This document shows, piece after piece, positions 36,912-46,159 of a stretch of 64,000 nucleotides of DNA. The notes beneath the pieces are model-generated. The model was not told the origin of the DNA. It ran no database searches and saw only the letters and a program-made list of their open reading frames with translations. Source of the stretch: Patescibacteria group bacterium (GTDB taxonomy: Bacteria; Patescibacteriota; Minisyncoccia; Phycocordibacterales; UBA9973); NCBI GenBank assembly GCA_040388095.1, contig JAZKCM010000001.1, forward strand, positions 125,820-189,819. Direction: 5' to 3'. Position numbers and translations under genes: made by a program. Position 1 is the stretch's first letter, and each line of letters opens with the position of its first letter.

Positions 36912-37391
36912 CTATGGCGTCGTCTCCAATTGTGGACCAGCAGATTGTATACCAAAGGTATCACCCAATATCTGTACCATCCCATAGATCGATACAATGA
37001 CCGTAATAGCTATCAACCCCCATATGATAAACTGTCTGCCCTTTTCTCTCTTTGCTTCTTCTTCTGCTCCTGCGATGTATTGGACGACGCCCCAGATGAA
37101 GACGACGAGAGCCATACCCATAATGAGCGGAATAATAGAATGACTGATAATACAAGTCGCATAATTTATGATATCTTGTGCTTTTGAATCACCAGGAAGT
37201 GTGCAAGCAATACTCGGTACTGTAACACCTGTACCTGCTTGCTCGGGATCAGTCTGTATATTATCGACTGAAGGAGCAACAGGTACTTGATGCACACCAA
37301 AAGGATTACCATTATACTGGATGGGTAATTGCGCAAAAGATATTTGCGTAGAGAAGAAAAACAAAAAAAGAAAAATAAATAATTGTTTCAT
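36912..37391 (-). CDS. VirB2/TrbC-like (T4SS-pilin-like) protein, paralog 3
   Basis: Start set at MKQLFIFLFLFFF (37391). Signal peptide ending ISFAQ. Core MGMALVVFIWGVVQYIAGAEEEAKREKGRQFIIWGLIAITVIVSIYGMV. Confidence 0.7.
   Translation of the reverse strand: MKQLFIFLFLFFFSTQISFAQLPIQYNGNPFGVHQVPVAPSVDNIQTDPEQAGTGVTVPSIACTLPGDSKAQDIINYATCIISHSIIPLIMGMALVVFIWGVVQYIAGAEEEAKREKGRQFIIWGLIAITVIVSIYGMVQILGDTFGIQSAGPQLETTP
37012..37105. repeat. 94 bp block identical to 37493-37586 (pilin paralog 3 versus 4)
   Basis: atcaacccccatatgataaactgtctgcccttttctctctttgcttcttcttctgctcctgcgatgtattggacgacgccccagatgaagacga occurs at both sites. Confidence 0.9.
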
Positions 37392-37392
37392 A

Positions 37393-37728
37393 TTAATTGT
37401 TGACATGAACTCTAGGTACAACAAATGGCACACCAAATGTATTATTGAGAACTCGTACAAGACCCCATACAGAAATCATTGCAAATATTCCGATCAACCC
37501 CCATATGATAAACTGTCTGCCCTTTTCTCTCTTTGCTTCTTCTTCTGCTCCTGCGATGTATTGGACGACGCCCCAGATGAAGACGAGAATCGCTAAACCA
37601 AAAATAAATGGTGTCACAGAAGAACCGATAATACAAACGACATAGCTAATCAGATGATGAAACTGTGGATTTACTTGAAGTACACAACCAGCGAAAAGAA
37701 TATTTGTGTTGTTTAGTTTAAAATTCAT
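37393..37728 (-). CDS. VirB2/TrbC-like (T4SS-pilin-like) protein, paralog 4 (atypical N-terminus)
   Basis: ATG at 37728 (MNFKLNN...). Core FGLAILVFIWGVVQYIAGAEEEAKREKGRQFIIWGLIGIFAMISVWGLV. Shares a 94 bp identical DNA block with paralog 3. No clear signal peptide. Confidence 0.6.
   Translation of the reverse strand: MNFKLNNTNILFAGCVLQVNPQFHHLISYVVCIIGSSVTPFIFGLAILVFIWGVVQYIAGAEEEAKREKGRQFIIWGLIGIFAMISVWGLVRVLNNTFGVPFVVPRVHVNN
37493..37586. repeat. 94 bp block identical to 37012-37105
   Basis: Same sequence as above. The flanks are diverged. Confidence 0.9.
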
Positions 37729-37729
37729 A

Positions 37730-38176
37730 TTATAGAGCAAGTATTGTTTCTGATATAAGCTGTGCTAAAGCCCATGAACCAAGAAGTATTGCAGCACCAA
37801 TACACGTATACAATAATGCATCTTTTGCTGTTTTTAATTTCTCACTATTTCCTCTAGCAGATACGAAAAGGAAACCAGAGTAAATAATAGCGAGTGCAAT
37901 GATAGGTATACCAATCTTCAGTACCCCAGCAAGAATAGCCTTGATGAAAGAATTGATATCATTATATTTAATAGGATTAGTAATCTTACCGTCAGAAGAA
38001 ACTGAATTTTGTCCTGTAGGATTTGTACCGCCCGTATTAGAACCTGATGTATTAGAAATTACAGGATTCGTACCACCACTTTGTGCAAAAGAATACACAG
38101 GAGAAAATAAAACTAGAGAAAATAAAAATACTGAAAGGAAAAAAGAAATTCGTGTTGTTTTATTTATAGAATTCAT
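37730..38176 (-). CDS. VirB2/TrbC-like pilin-type protein, paralog 5 (second subfamily)
   Basis: Start set at MNSINKTTRISFF (38176). Signal peptide ending YSFAQ, a Gly/Thr/Asn-rich linker, and the core IGIPIIALAIIYSGFLFVSARGNSEKLKTAKDALLYTCIGAAILLGSWAL. Confidence 0.65.
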   Translation of the reverse strand: MNSINKTTRISFFLSVFLFSLVLFSPVYSFAQSGGTNPVISNTSGSNTGGTNPTGQNSVSSDGKITNPIKYNDINSFIKAILAGVLKIGIPIIALAIIYSGFLFVSARGNSEKLKTAKDALLYTCIGAAILLGSWALAQLISETILAL

Positions 38177-38195
38177 TTTTATATTATACATTATA

Positions 38196-38603
38196 TTAAA
38201 AACCAATCCAAGAGCCATCGTAGCCAAGCGTATCGAGCACCAGATGGACGATGAGCCAAGCGGCGGCGGCAAATATAAGCCCCATAACAACTCCCCCTGC
38301 TATTGATTTGGCTTTATTTCGTGCACCAGCACTCTCATCTCCAGCAGTAATCATCAAGAACCCCGCATAACAAAACATAATAGCAGCGATAGGAATCGCT
38401 AATTTAAATAAAATAAAATTTAAAACTTTATTTATGAGATCCATCAAATCATCCCAACCACATCCAGCCTTAGGACAAGGCACACTGATACCTTCCCCTT
38501 TCGTAGAAAGATCTATCGTAGTATCAGCAAAAGAAAAAACCGGTCCGAGTAAAAGACAAAGTATCACAAATACGAAACAAGATTTTAGAAAAATTTTATA
38601 CAT
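38196..38603 (-). CDS. VirB2/TrbC-like pilin-type protein, paralog 6 (second subfamily)
   Basis: Signal peptide ending FSFAD. Core LAIPIAAIMFCYAGFLMITAGDESAGARNKAKSIAGGVVMGLIFAAAAWLIV, the classic TrbC/VirB2 two-helix layout. Confidence 0.7.
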   Translation of the reverse strand: MYKIFLKSCFVFVILCLLLGPVFSFADTTIDLSTKGEGISVPCPKAGCGWDDLMDLINKVLNFILFKLAIPIAAIMFCYAGFLMITAGDESAGARNKAKSIAGGVVMGLIFAAAAWLIVHLVLDTLGYDGSWIGF

Positions 38604-38608
38604 ATAAA

Positions 38609-39916
38609 TTATTTTGATAAAAGAAGGTTGAGTTTCGACGAAGCATCACTGATACTATTTTCAATTGATAAATTGTTTGATAAAACATTTTCTACCATTC
38701 TCTGGAAGACTGCATCAGTTTCTGCTGGTGCAGGGTCGAGCCAGCTTCGAGCAAATAATGCGGAATTATAAAAAACTGGGAAATACGCATCCGTGGGCTT
38801 TGTATTTAAAAGGTCTCTTCTCGCTGGAGCGAGAAGTAAGTTGTTGGCAAATTGTTTAGAAAAATCTCCTGTTGCTAAAAGTCCTGCAACGGTAAAAGCG
38901 ACAGTTGGATTTTTTGTCGATGCAGATATTGCGACAGCTTGTGTATGCCCAAAAGTAAGTTTGAAATTTGAATTTTTAATCTGTGGTACTGGAGCAATAT
39001 AAAAATTCTCATTTGGGTTACGCGCAGTGAGGTCAGCGAGTTCGCTCGCAAAACCAAAATAAAAAGTTAATTTTTCAGAAGAAAAAGCATCTCGAGAATT
39101 TTGTAAAGATCTATTCCAGGAATACAAAGAATTTGCAGGATCTGCAAATGAAGTATAGAAACGAAGCACTGAGCTCAGATTTCCACCAAGTGTATTTTCT
39201 CCATCATTGTTGAGAACAGACAACAATGTACCATTTTTTTCACGAACAATCGGGTTACCTAATTGCATAAAAATCATAGAAATAATGTCTTTCGCGTGTA
39301 AAATATTACTAAATTGTCCGAGAGCAAAAGCACTTTTTGTAATCTTTCTATCTTGATCTTTTTTTGTAAATACTGGTACGAGACTTTCCAAATCATTCCA
39401 ATAGACTGGAGGAGTCACAATGCCTTCAGCATCAAGATGGCTACGATTGTAATACATAATCATAGGATCAATAGAGAGTGGTAAAGCAAGTGTTCCCTTT
39501 TCACTTAAATAAATCTCACCTGCTCCAGCAAAAGTATTTTGGAAAGTTGCCTGCGGGAAACTTGCATAAGGTATAGGCATAATTTTATTTCTGAAATGAA
39601 CGATCATATCATCGGGTAAGATGAAAAGGTCCGGACCTGTATTTGTAGCAAGTGCTTCAAGTAAATCTTGGTCAAAACTTGCTCTATTTTTCTGTACATA
39701 TTTGACCGTCAGTGTTTTGTTTTGAGAAGTAAAATTATTAATCAAATTATTCATCATATCAGCTTTTGCTGTACCCCAAAGGACAACACTACCAGTGACG
39801 ACAGCCTCATCTTTACCTCCGATTTTTACAATACCTGCAAAAACCAAAACACCAAAAACTGCCAAAGCGACAAAGACGATCAAAACAATGAGTTGAAAAT
39901 TTCCTAATTTTTTCAT
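38609..39916 (-). CDS. Extracellular solute-binding protein (ABC-type, family-1-like), orphan
   Basis: N-terminal anchor followed by an SBP pattern (VVLWGTAKADMMNNLINNFTSQNKTLTVKYVQ...GPDLFILPDD...PLSIDPMIMYYN). No permease or ATPase genes adjacent. Confidence 0.7.
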   Translation of the reverse strand: MKKLGNFQLIVLIVFVALAVFGVLVFAGIVKIGGKDEAVVTGSVVLWGTAKADMMNNLINNFTSQNKTLTVKYVQKNRASFDQDLLEALATNTGPDLFILPDDMIVHFRNKIMPIPYASFPQATFQNTFAGAGEIYLSEKGTLALPLSIDPMIMYYNRSHLDAEGIVTPPVYWNDLESLVPVFTKKDQDRKITKSAFALGQFSNILHAKDIISMIFMQLGNPIVREKNGTLLSVLNNDGENTLGGNLSSVLRFYTSFADPANSLYSWNRSLQNSRDAFSSEKLTFYFGFASELADLTARNPNENFYIAPVPQIKNSNFKLTFGHTQAVAISASTKNPTVAFTVAGLLATGDFSKQFANNLLLAPARRDLLNTKPTDAYFPVFYNSALFARSWLDPAPAETDAVFQRMVENVLSNNLSIENSISDASSKLNLLLSK

Positions 39917-40434
39917 ATCTTTCTAAATATCATACCATAATGGTGCTCACCAACGTCAATATCTCTATCGAAAACAAATTTTTGAGCTTTAAACATATCT
40001 CGAGCGACTGTCGGCATAATCAAAGCTTCTTTCTTTGGGCTGAAAGTAGAGACCTCAGACCAATCGATAAATAAAATCCTACCACCTATTTTGAGGACTC
40101 TATATGCCTCTTCTAAAACTTTCTCTTTGTGTATTGCTTGGAATAAAATATTTGAAATAATAACGACATCGACAATAGAATCGTTTAATTTTGTCCCGCC
40201 AGATTTTTCTATATCAGCCCAAAGTATTTCTATATTTCTGACATTTTCTTTTTCTGCTTTGTCTTTAAGAGTAGTTAAAAAATCTTTTTGTATTTCTATT
40301 GCATAGACTTTACCATTTTGTGCAAGTTTTGCAGCTGGAATAGAATAAAATCCAGACCCTGCGCCAAAGTCAGCGACAATCATCGTATCAGCAATACCAA
40401 AATTTCTTAAAATTTTTACTGGATCAGCAAACAT
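39913..40434 (-). CDS. Class I SAM-dependent methyltransferase
   Basis: Motif I VADFGAGSGFYS, with the post-I acidic residue in YAIE, and GGRILFIDW. 173 aa. Overlaps the SBP start by 4 nt. Confidence 0.8.
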   Translation of the reverse strand: MFADPVKILRNFGIADTMIVADFGAGSGFYSIPAAKLAQNGKVYAIEIQKDFLTTLKDKAEKENVRNIEILWADIEKSGGTKLNDSIVDVVIISNILFQAIHKEKVLEEAYRVLKIGGRILFIDWSEVSTFSPKKEALIMPTVARDMFKAQKFVFDRDIDVGEHHYGMIFRKI

Positions 40435-40461
40435 GATTTTATTATAGCAACAAGTGAGAAT

Positions 40462-42924
40462 TTATGCACAGGTGAGAGATGCAATACCATCACCAGCGCG
40501 GAGACGCATAATAGTCACTCCTTGAGTTTGTCTGCCAAGCGAAGGAATATCTTTGAGCGCTGTGCGGATGACTTGTCCTTTCTTTGACATAGCGATCAAT
40601 TCTTCTTCATCACCCATCAAAACTTTTGCAACAATGAGCTTGCCTGTTTTTGGAGTGACTTTTGCAGTCTTGATACCAGAGCCACCACGATTTTGAACTT
40701 TGTATTCAGAAAGTTTTGTCTTTTTACCGAGTCCATTTGCAGACATAATAAGGAAAGAACCGTCGCCATGACCTTTTTTAATAACATCTACACCAATAAT
40801 CTCATCGCCTTTGTCGAGTTTCATACCACGCACACCTCCTGCAGTACGGCCCATTTCACGTATATCGGATTCTTTGAAACGAATAGATTGACCACTTGAT
40901 GTCGCAAGCATAACTTCATCGCCTTTTTCTACGAGAAGTGCTGAAGCAAGCTCATCGCCTTTGTCGAGACGAATAGAAATAATTCCACTTCGACGAACAT
41001 CTTTAAAACTCTCACCTGACATTTTCTTTGCTGTACCATTTTTTGTGACAAGCATAAGAGATATTGCAGATTTCTTTGATTCTTTTGTCATCGGCAAAAT
41101 TGAAGTGACTTTTTCTTCGGATGTGAGAGAAAGGAAGTTCATAATCGACTTACCTTTCGTCGCGCGACGACCTTCAGGAATATCGTACATTTTTATCTGA
41201 TATGCCTTGCCAAGGTTTGTGAAGAAAAGAAGATCACTATGCGTAGAACCTGAGACTAGCATAGTGACGAAGTCCTCTTCTTTCGTCTCAAGATCAACAA
41301 CGCCGACACCACCACGCTTCTGAGCGCGATATTCTGATGGGTCAGTACGCTTTACATAGCCACCCGCAGTGAAGACGAGCATTGTTTCTTTTTCTGGTAC
41401 GAGATCTTCTTCAGAAATTTCTTTCACTCCGCCTTTGATGATTTTTGTACGGCGATCATCTGCATATTTATCTTTTATCTCAGCAAGCTCTGTAGAAATA
41501 ACTTTAAGCATTTTCTTTGGACTTGCGATGAGCTCTTGCATTTCTTTTATGAAATTTTGTTTTTCTTTCAATTCTTCTTCGATGAGTTTTCTTTCGAGAC
41601 CAGCGAGCTTCTGGAGCTTCATATCGAGAATAGCCTGTGCCTGAAGATCTGAGAATTTAAATTCTTTCATTAAGGCGAGCTTTGCTGTCGCTCCGTCTTT
41701 GGATGCGCGAATCGTCTTGATAACTTTATCGATAAAATCGAGTGCTTTTTTCAAGCCGAGCAAGATGTGCTCACGCTCTTGTGCTTTGCGAAGATCGTAC
41801 TCTGATCTTCTTCGGACTATTTCTTTTCTATGTAAAATAAATTCATCAAGGATTGATTTGAGAGAAAGTGTCTGTGGCACGCCGTCGACAAGTGCGACCA
41901 AGTTGTAGTTGAAATTCTGTTCGAGCTGAGTGTTTTTGTAAATATAGTTGAGAACTTTTTCTGGATATGCGCCAGCTTTCAAGTCGATAGCAATACGAAT
42001 ATCTTTTGTAGATTCATCACGAAGTCCTTTGATACCTTCTATCTTTTTCTCTTGGACGAGTTCAGCGATAGACATAATCAAGTTTGATTTGTTTACACGG
42101 AAAGGGATAGAAGTAATGATGATTTGAAATATTCCACCTTTCTGCTCGACAATTTCCGCTTCACCACGACAGACAACGCCTCCACGACCAGTCGAATATG
42201 CATGAAGCATATCCTTGTATCCGTAGACGAGACCACCCGTAGGAAAATCTGGACCTTTGATGAATTGCATCAAGTCTTCTGTCGTCGCATCTGGATTGTC
42301 TATAAGATGAAGTGTGCCTTCGATGACTTCAGCGAGATTGTGTGAAGGAATATTTGTTGCCATACCGACAGCGATACCGAGTGTGCCATTGAGCAATAGT
42401 GATGGAACAGCAGAAGGAAAAACAATTGGTTCTTTGCGTGTCTGGTCATAGTTTGAACGATAGTCGACTGTCTCTTTTTCAAGATCACGAAGAAGCTCGC
42501 CTGAGACTTTTGACATCTTTGCTTCGGTATAACGCATCGCTGCGGCATTGTCGCCATCGATAGAACCGAAGTTACCCTGACCGATGACGAGCGGATAGCG
42601 ATATGAGAAATCCTGTGCCATATTGACCATTGCATCGTAGACAGATGCATCGCCGTGCGGGTGGTATTTTCCGAGCACATCTCCCACTACGAGCGCTGAT
42701 TTTCGGAAACGTGCAGACGATGTGAGGCCGAGCTCGCTCATCGCAAATAAAATTCTCCTGTGCACTGGTTTCAAACCATCACGGACATTTGGCAATGCTC
42801 TATCGGTAATGACAGACATAGCATAAGAAATGAAAGAGTCTTTCATTTCTGTGACAATATTGACTGGGAGTATCCCGTCGCGTCTTTCTATTATTTCTTC
42901 TGGTTCTATATCTTTCTTCGCCAT
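40462..42924 (-). CDS. gyrA: DNA gyrase subunit A
   Basis: Contains GKYHPHGD, the active-site Tyr region [10 protein letters not shown], and C-terminal beta-pinwheel repeats. Confidence 0.95.
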   Translation of the reverse strand: MAKKDIEPEEIIERRDGILPVNIVTEMKDSFISYAMSVITDRALPNVRDGLKPVHRRILFAMSELGLTSSARFRKSALVVGDVLGKYHPHGDASVYDAMVNMAQDFSYRYPLVIGQGNFGSIDGDNAAAMRYTEAKMSKVSGELLRDLEKETVDYRSNYDQTRKEPIVFPSAVPSLLLNGTLGIAVGMATNIPSHNLAEVIEGTLHLIDNPDATTEDLMQFIKGPDFPTGGLVYGYKDMLHAYSTGRGGVVCRGEAEIVEQKGGIFQIIITSIPFRVNKSNLIMSIAELVQEKKIEGIKGLRDESTKDIRIAIDLKAGAYPEKVLNYIYKNTQLEQNFNYNLVALVDGVPQTLSLKSILDEFILHRKEIVRRRSEYDLRKAQEREHILLGLKKALDFIDKVIKTIRASKDGATAKLALMKEFKFSDLQAQAILDMKLQKLAGLERKLIEEELKEKQNFIKEMQELIASPKKMLKVISTELAEIKDKYADDRRTKIIKGGVKEISEEDLVPEKETMLVFTAGGYVKRTDPSEYRAQKRGGVGVVDLETKEEDFVTMLVSGSTHSDLLFFTNLGKAYQIKMYDIPEGRRATKGKSIMNFLSLTSEEKVTSILPMTKESKKSAISLMLVTKNGTAKKMSGESFKDVRRSGIISIRLDKGDELASALLVEKGDEVMLATSSGQSIRFKESDIREMGRTAGGVRGMKLDKGDEIIGVDVIKKGHGDGSFLIMSANGLGKKTKLSEYKVQNRGGSGIKTAKVTPKTGKLIVAKVLMGDEEELIAMSKKGQVIRTALKDIPSLGRQTQGVTIMRLRAGDGIASLTCA

Positions 42925-42929
42925 AAAAT

Positions 42930-43178
42930 TTATCTTACCACATCAGGAGAGTCGCTGGAAATATTTTTGTATCCATCGACAACACTGGCCTTAAGAACTG
43001 TGAACGGTTCTAAATCTTTTTTAACAGAAACTTGCGTTTCTTTTTTACCAAGCGTTTGATCGAGACTATACACCCAAAGAAGAACGAGGATGGTTGTAAA
43101 AACAAGCATAGATATATGCAAAATTTGTTTTCTTACGTGTTCTGGTTGTGTCCTTAATTGTCGGATAAATTTTCTCAT
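42930..43178 (-). CDS. Hypothetical small membrane protein (82 aa)
   Basis: Start set at MRKFIRQL (43178), directly after the upstream stop. One TM ([16 protein letters not shown]). Confidence 0.45.
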   Translation of the reverse strand: MRKFIRQLRTQPEHVRKQILHISMLVFTTILVLLWVYSLDQTLGKKETQVSVKKDLEPFTVLKASVVDGYKNISSDSPDVVR

Positions 43179-43179
43179 A

Positions 43180-43815
43180 TTATGATTGTTGTAATACAAT
43201 GACTTCCCCTTCTTTGCCGTCGAGATCTTTTCTCTTGAGTGTAAGTTTATCGACTTTTTCTGCACTCTCAGCACCTTCTTCTTTAAGAAAAGCTTTGAGT
43301 GATTCTATATCGTAATCCATTGGAATGATGAGCTTCGGTTCAAGTGATGCAGAAAGTTTTGATGCATTTTTTGCATCGAGCACATCCTTTCCTCCGACTG
43401 GAATAAAAAGAATATCAGGATTGCCTATCGCTTCGATTGCTTCTTTTGGAAGAGTTCCTTCTCCAAGTGCTCCAAGAAAAGCGATATTGATATTGTCCAT
43501 CGAAAGCGTATAAATAGTATTGATATATTTCTTACCACCGAGAGTTGCATCGGACATGATACCTTTGACGAAGATCTCTCGAACTTCATAATCTCCAGGG
43601 CCTGAGATGATAAATGGCTCACGCTCGCCATGAGAAAGCTGAGCGACGCCATTGTAGTCTGCATGGTTTGTCGTAATGAGTGCTATGTCAGAGCCGAATT
43701 TTGTACCAGAAGAACTTTTTGAATCTTTACTGATCGGATTGAAAGCAACGGTCAATTCCCCTTGTTGAATCTTGAAAAACTGCTTGCCGAAATATGTGAT
43801 TATCATAGGTTGCAT
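43180..43815 (-). CDS. MBL-fold metal-dependent hydrolase (UPF0173-like)
   Basis: The pattern ITYFGKQFFKIQ...VAFNPIS...ALITTNHADYNG...FIPVGG resembles the UPF0173 beta-lactamase-fold family. Confidence 0.6.
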   Translation of the reverse strand: MQPMIITYFGKQFFKIQQGELTVAFNPISKDSKSSSGTKFGSDIALITTNHADYNGVAQLSHGEREPFIISGPGDYEVREIFVKGIMSDATLGGKKYINTIYTLSMDNINIAFLGALGEGTLPKEAIEAIGNPDILFIPVGGKDVLDAKNASKLSASLEPKLIIPMDYDIESLKAFLKEEGAESAEKVDKLTLKRKDLDGKEGEVIVLQQS

Positions 43816-43906
43816 TATAACAAAATTTTTGATAGAGTGGAAGTATTAAAAGTATGGATTTAGGATAACACCGTGAGACACGAGTCAAGCGACGCCTAGA
43901 CCTGAC

Positions 43907-43931
43907 AATCCGCTTTTTATGCGGATTTTTT
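43907..43931 (+). promoter_or_regulatory. Terminator-like hairpin plus T-run immediately upstream of the rpsA start
   Basis: AATCCGC-TTTTTAT-GCGGATT followed by TTTTT, ending 9 nt before ATG 43940. Could be an attenuator or the end of a small RNA. Confidence 0.4.
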
Positions 43932-43939
43932 AATTTATT

Positions 43940-45034
43940 ATGAAAAAAGATATAGAAGAAGTAAAAGTAGACGATTCACCACTCAAGATCATGCTTGATA
44001 AAAGTATGAACTGGCCAGAGATGGATTCTCTTATAGAAGGACCGGTTATTCTCATTCAGAAATCATCTGTCTATGTGGACCTTGCACCTTTCGGTACAGG
44101 TATCATATACGGCCGTGAATTCATGAATGCGAAAGACATTATCAAGAAGATTGCTATCGGTGATACGATCAAAGCAAAAATCGTCGACCCAGAAAACGAA
44201 GACGGTTATGTCGAGCTCTCTCTCAAAGAAGCAAAGCAAGCCCTCATCTGGTCTGATGCTGAAAAAGCAATCAAGTCAAAGACGATAATGAGCCTCGAGA
44301 TCAAGGATGCCAACAAAGGCGGACTTATCTTGGAATGGCAAGGTATCCAGGGCTTCCTCCCCGCTTCACAGCTCAAGCCTGAGCACTACCCTCGCGTAGA
44401 AGATTCTGACAAAGATAAGATCTTGAAAGAATTGAAGAAGCTCGTCGGAACAAAAATTTCTGTCATGATCATCTCAACACTTCCAAAAGAAGGCAGACTT
44501 ATCTTCTCTGAAAAAGAAAACAATCCTGAAGAGAAACAAGAAATCATTAGCAAGTACGCTCTCGGTGAAGAAATCGAATGCACTATTGCAGGACTCGTCG
44601 ACTTCGGCGTCTTCCTTAAATTAGAAGAAGGTCTTGAAGGTCTCGTCCACATCTCTGAACTCGACTGGGGCCTCGTAGAAGATCCTCGTACGATGTTTAA
44701 AGTCGGCGACAAGATCCGTGCAAAGATCATCGACATCAAAGAAGGCAAGATTTCCCTTTCAATCAAAGCTCTCAAGGAAAATCCTTGGAAAGAATATGAA
44801 GGCAAGTTGAAGAAAGGAGACATCATCAAAGGTGTCGTCATCAAGTACAACAAGCACGGCGCATTGGTTTCTATCAAAGAAGGTGTTGCTGGACTCGTCC
44901 ACAATTCTACTTTCGGTACAGAAGCAAAGCTCCGTGAAAGTTTGGAACTCGGTAAGACATACAGTTTCCAAATCACGCTCTTTGAGCCAAAAGATCACAA
45001 GATGACTCTTGCATTCCTCGAAGAAAAGAAATAA
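43940..45034 (+). CDS. rpsA: 30S ribosomal protein S1 (four S1 domains)
   Basis: Repeated S1/OB motifs (for example GFLPASQL, GLVDFGVFLKLEEGLEGLVHISEL, GVVIKYNKHGALVSIKEGVAGLVH). Confidence 0.85.
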   Translation: MKKDIEEVKVDDSPLKIMLDKSMNWPEMDSLIEGPVILIQKSSVYVDLAPFGTGIIYGREFMNAKDIIKKIAIGDTIKAKIVDPENEDGYVELSLKEAKQALIWSDAEKAIKSKTIMSLEIKDANKGGLILEWQGIQGFLPASQLKPEHYPRVEDSDKDKILKELKKLVGTKISVMIISTLPKEGRLIFSEKENNPEEKQEIISKYALGEEIECTIAGLVDFGVFLKLEEGLEGLVHISELDWGLVEDPRTMFKVGDKIRAKIIDIKEGKISLSIKALKENPWKEYEGKLKKGDIIKGVVIKYNKHGALVSIKEGVAGLVHNSTFGTEAKLRESLELGKTYSFQITLFEPKDHKMTLAFLEEKK

Positions 45035-45042
45035 TCTTCATT

Positions 45043-45070
45043 AAAAAATCCCTCATACGAGGGATTTTTT
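45043..45070 (+). terminator. Intrinsic terminator after rpsA
   Basis: AAAAAATCCCTC-ATAC-GAGGGATTTTTT. Confidence 0.8.
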
Positions 45071-45144
45071 AATTTGACAGAAGTATTAGGAAGAGTACAT
45101 TTATATTAAACACGCTTTATGTCTCACCTTTAATTCTTTGTAAA

Positions 45145-45498
45145 ATGGAAAATAATAAAATCCTTACCTTGAAAAAATTAATACCTCTAATAGAAATTCT
45201 TAAAGAGAAAGATTACGTTGCAGACATTTTACCTTCTAAAAATGAAGAAGAATATATATTTTTTGCACACTTAGATGATAAAAATACAAACATTAAGTCA
45301 TTGTATTACATAACTTTACATTTTTTTCAATACGACAATTATAAAATAATAAAAAAAACAAAAAAAAGAATTGTTTTATGGAAAGAAAATATTGACCTAG
45401 AAATAACAATGTATCCTTACTTTTTATTTAGCAGGAATATTAGTTTTAGTAATTTTTTTGAAGGTTTTATAACAAAAATAAAATTATTCAAAAACTAA
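45145..45498 (+). CDS. Hypothetical protein (117 aa), AT-rich
   Basis: ORF-track ORF flanked by two terminators. No family recognised. Confidence 0.45.
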   Translation: MENNKILTLKKLIPLIEILKEKDYVADILPSKNEEEYIFFAHLDDKNTNIKSLYYITLHFFQYDNYKIIKKTKKRIVLWKENIDLEITMYPYFLFSRNISFSNFFEGFITKIKLFKN

Positions 45499-45527
45499 AA
45501 AACAGAAGCAATGCTTCTGTTTTTTTA
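45497..45527. terminator. Bidirectional intrinsic terminator
   Basis: AAAAAACAGAAGCA-ATGCTTCTGTTTTTTT between convergent genes. Confidence 0.8.
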
Positions 45528-46049
45528 ATTATACAAACTCATCGCTTTGCCTAGACCGTCTGAATAAAAAGTATCTATGGCTTCAACTATTTTCTTTGAA
45601 AGTTTTTTCAATTCTGCTAATTCTTCTTTTTTGAATTCTCCGAGTAGGAATTTGAGCACTGCATCTTCCCCTTTCGGCTTTTTCAATTTCCCTGTCGGCG
45701 TCGAGGGACAAATACCGACGCGAATGCGAACGAATTCTTCTGTCTTTAATGACTTGATAATCGAGCCGACGCCATTATGACCTCCAGCAGACCTATTGAA
45801 AGAGATTTTCATTTTTCCAAGAGGTAAATCAATATCGTCATATATAACAATAAGATCACTTAAATCTTTTTTGGATTTTATAAGTGGGGCTACAACTTTA
45901 CCAGAATTATTCATAAAACTATCTGGCATAACAAATTTCACTTTAGCTTGTATTTTTTCTTCAATAAAAGAAATCATAATACGCCCAGTATTATGGCGTG
46001 TTTTTTCGTATTCTACTCCGGGATTTCCAAGTCCGACAATATATTTCAT
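45525..46049 (-). CDS. pth: Peptidyl-tRNA hydrolase
   Basis: Contains IVGLGNPG...YEKTRHNTG, the GGHNG motif, and a family-typical length. Confidence 0.9.
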   Translation of the reverse strand: MKYIVGLGNPGVEYEKTRHNTGRIMISFIEEKIQAKVKFVMPDSFMNNSGKVVAPLIKSKKDLSDLIVIYDDIDLPLGKMKISFNRSAGGHNGVGSIIKSLKTEEFVRIRVGICPSTPTGKLKKPKGEDAVLKFLLGEFKKEELAELKKLSKKIVEAIDTFYSDGLGKAMSLYN

Positions 46050-46159
46050 GTTTATATGATACCATCAAAAAAAAATTAAAGAATTATATATCAACAGAAA
46101 ATAAATTAGAAAACATATTTGTCCTTTGTGTCAATGTTGTTTTGTGGTAAAATAGACCA

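Noticed and set aside
36930-37596. Plus-strand ORFs 36930..37187 and 37321..37596 sharing PPYDKLSALFSLCFFFCSCDVLDDAPDED
   Set aside because: They are antisense shadows of the 94 bp identical block in pilin paralogs 3 and 4. The minus-strand frames give coherent two-helix membrane proteins.
38609-39916. N-terminus of the solute-binding protein (KKLGNFQLIVLIV) as a type IV prepilin signal
   Set aside because: It lacks the G/F-T-L-I-E consensus, with no Glu at +5 and an extra residue after Gly. It is more likely a plain membrane anchor.
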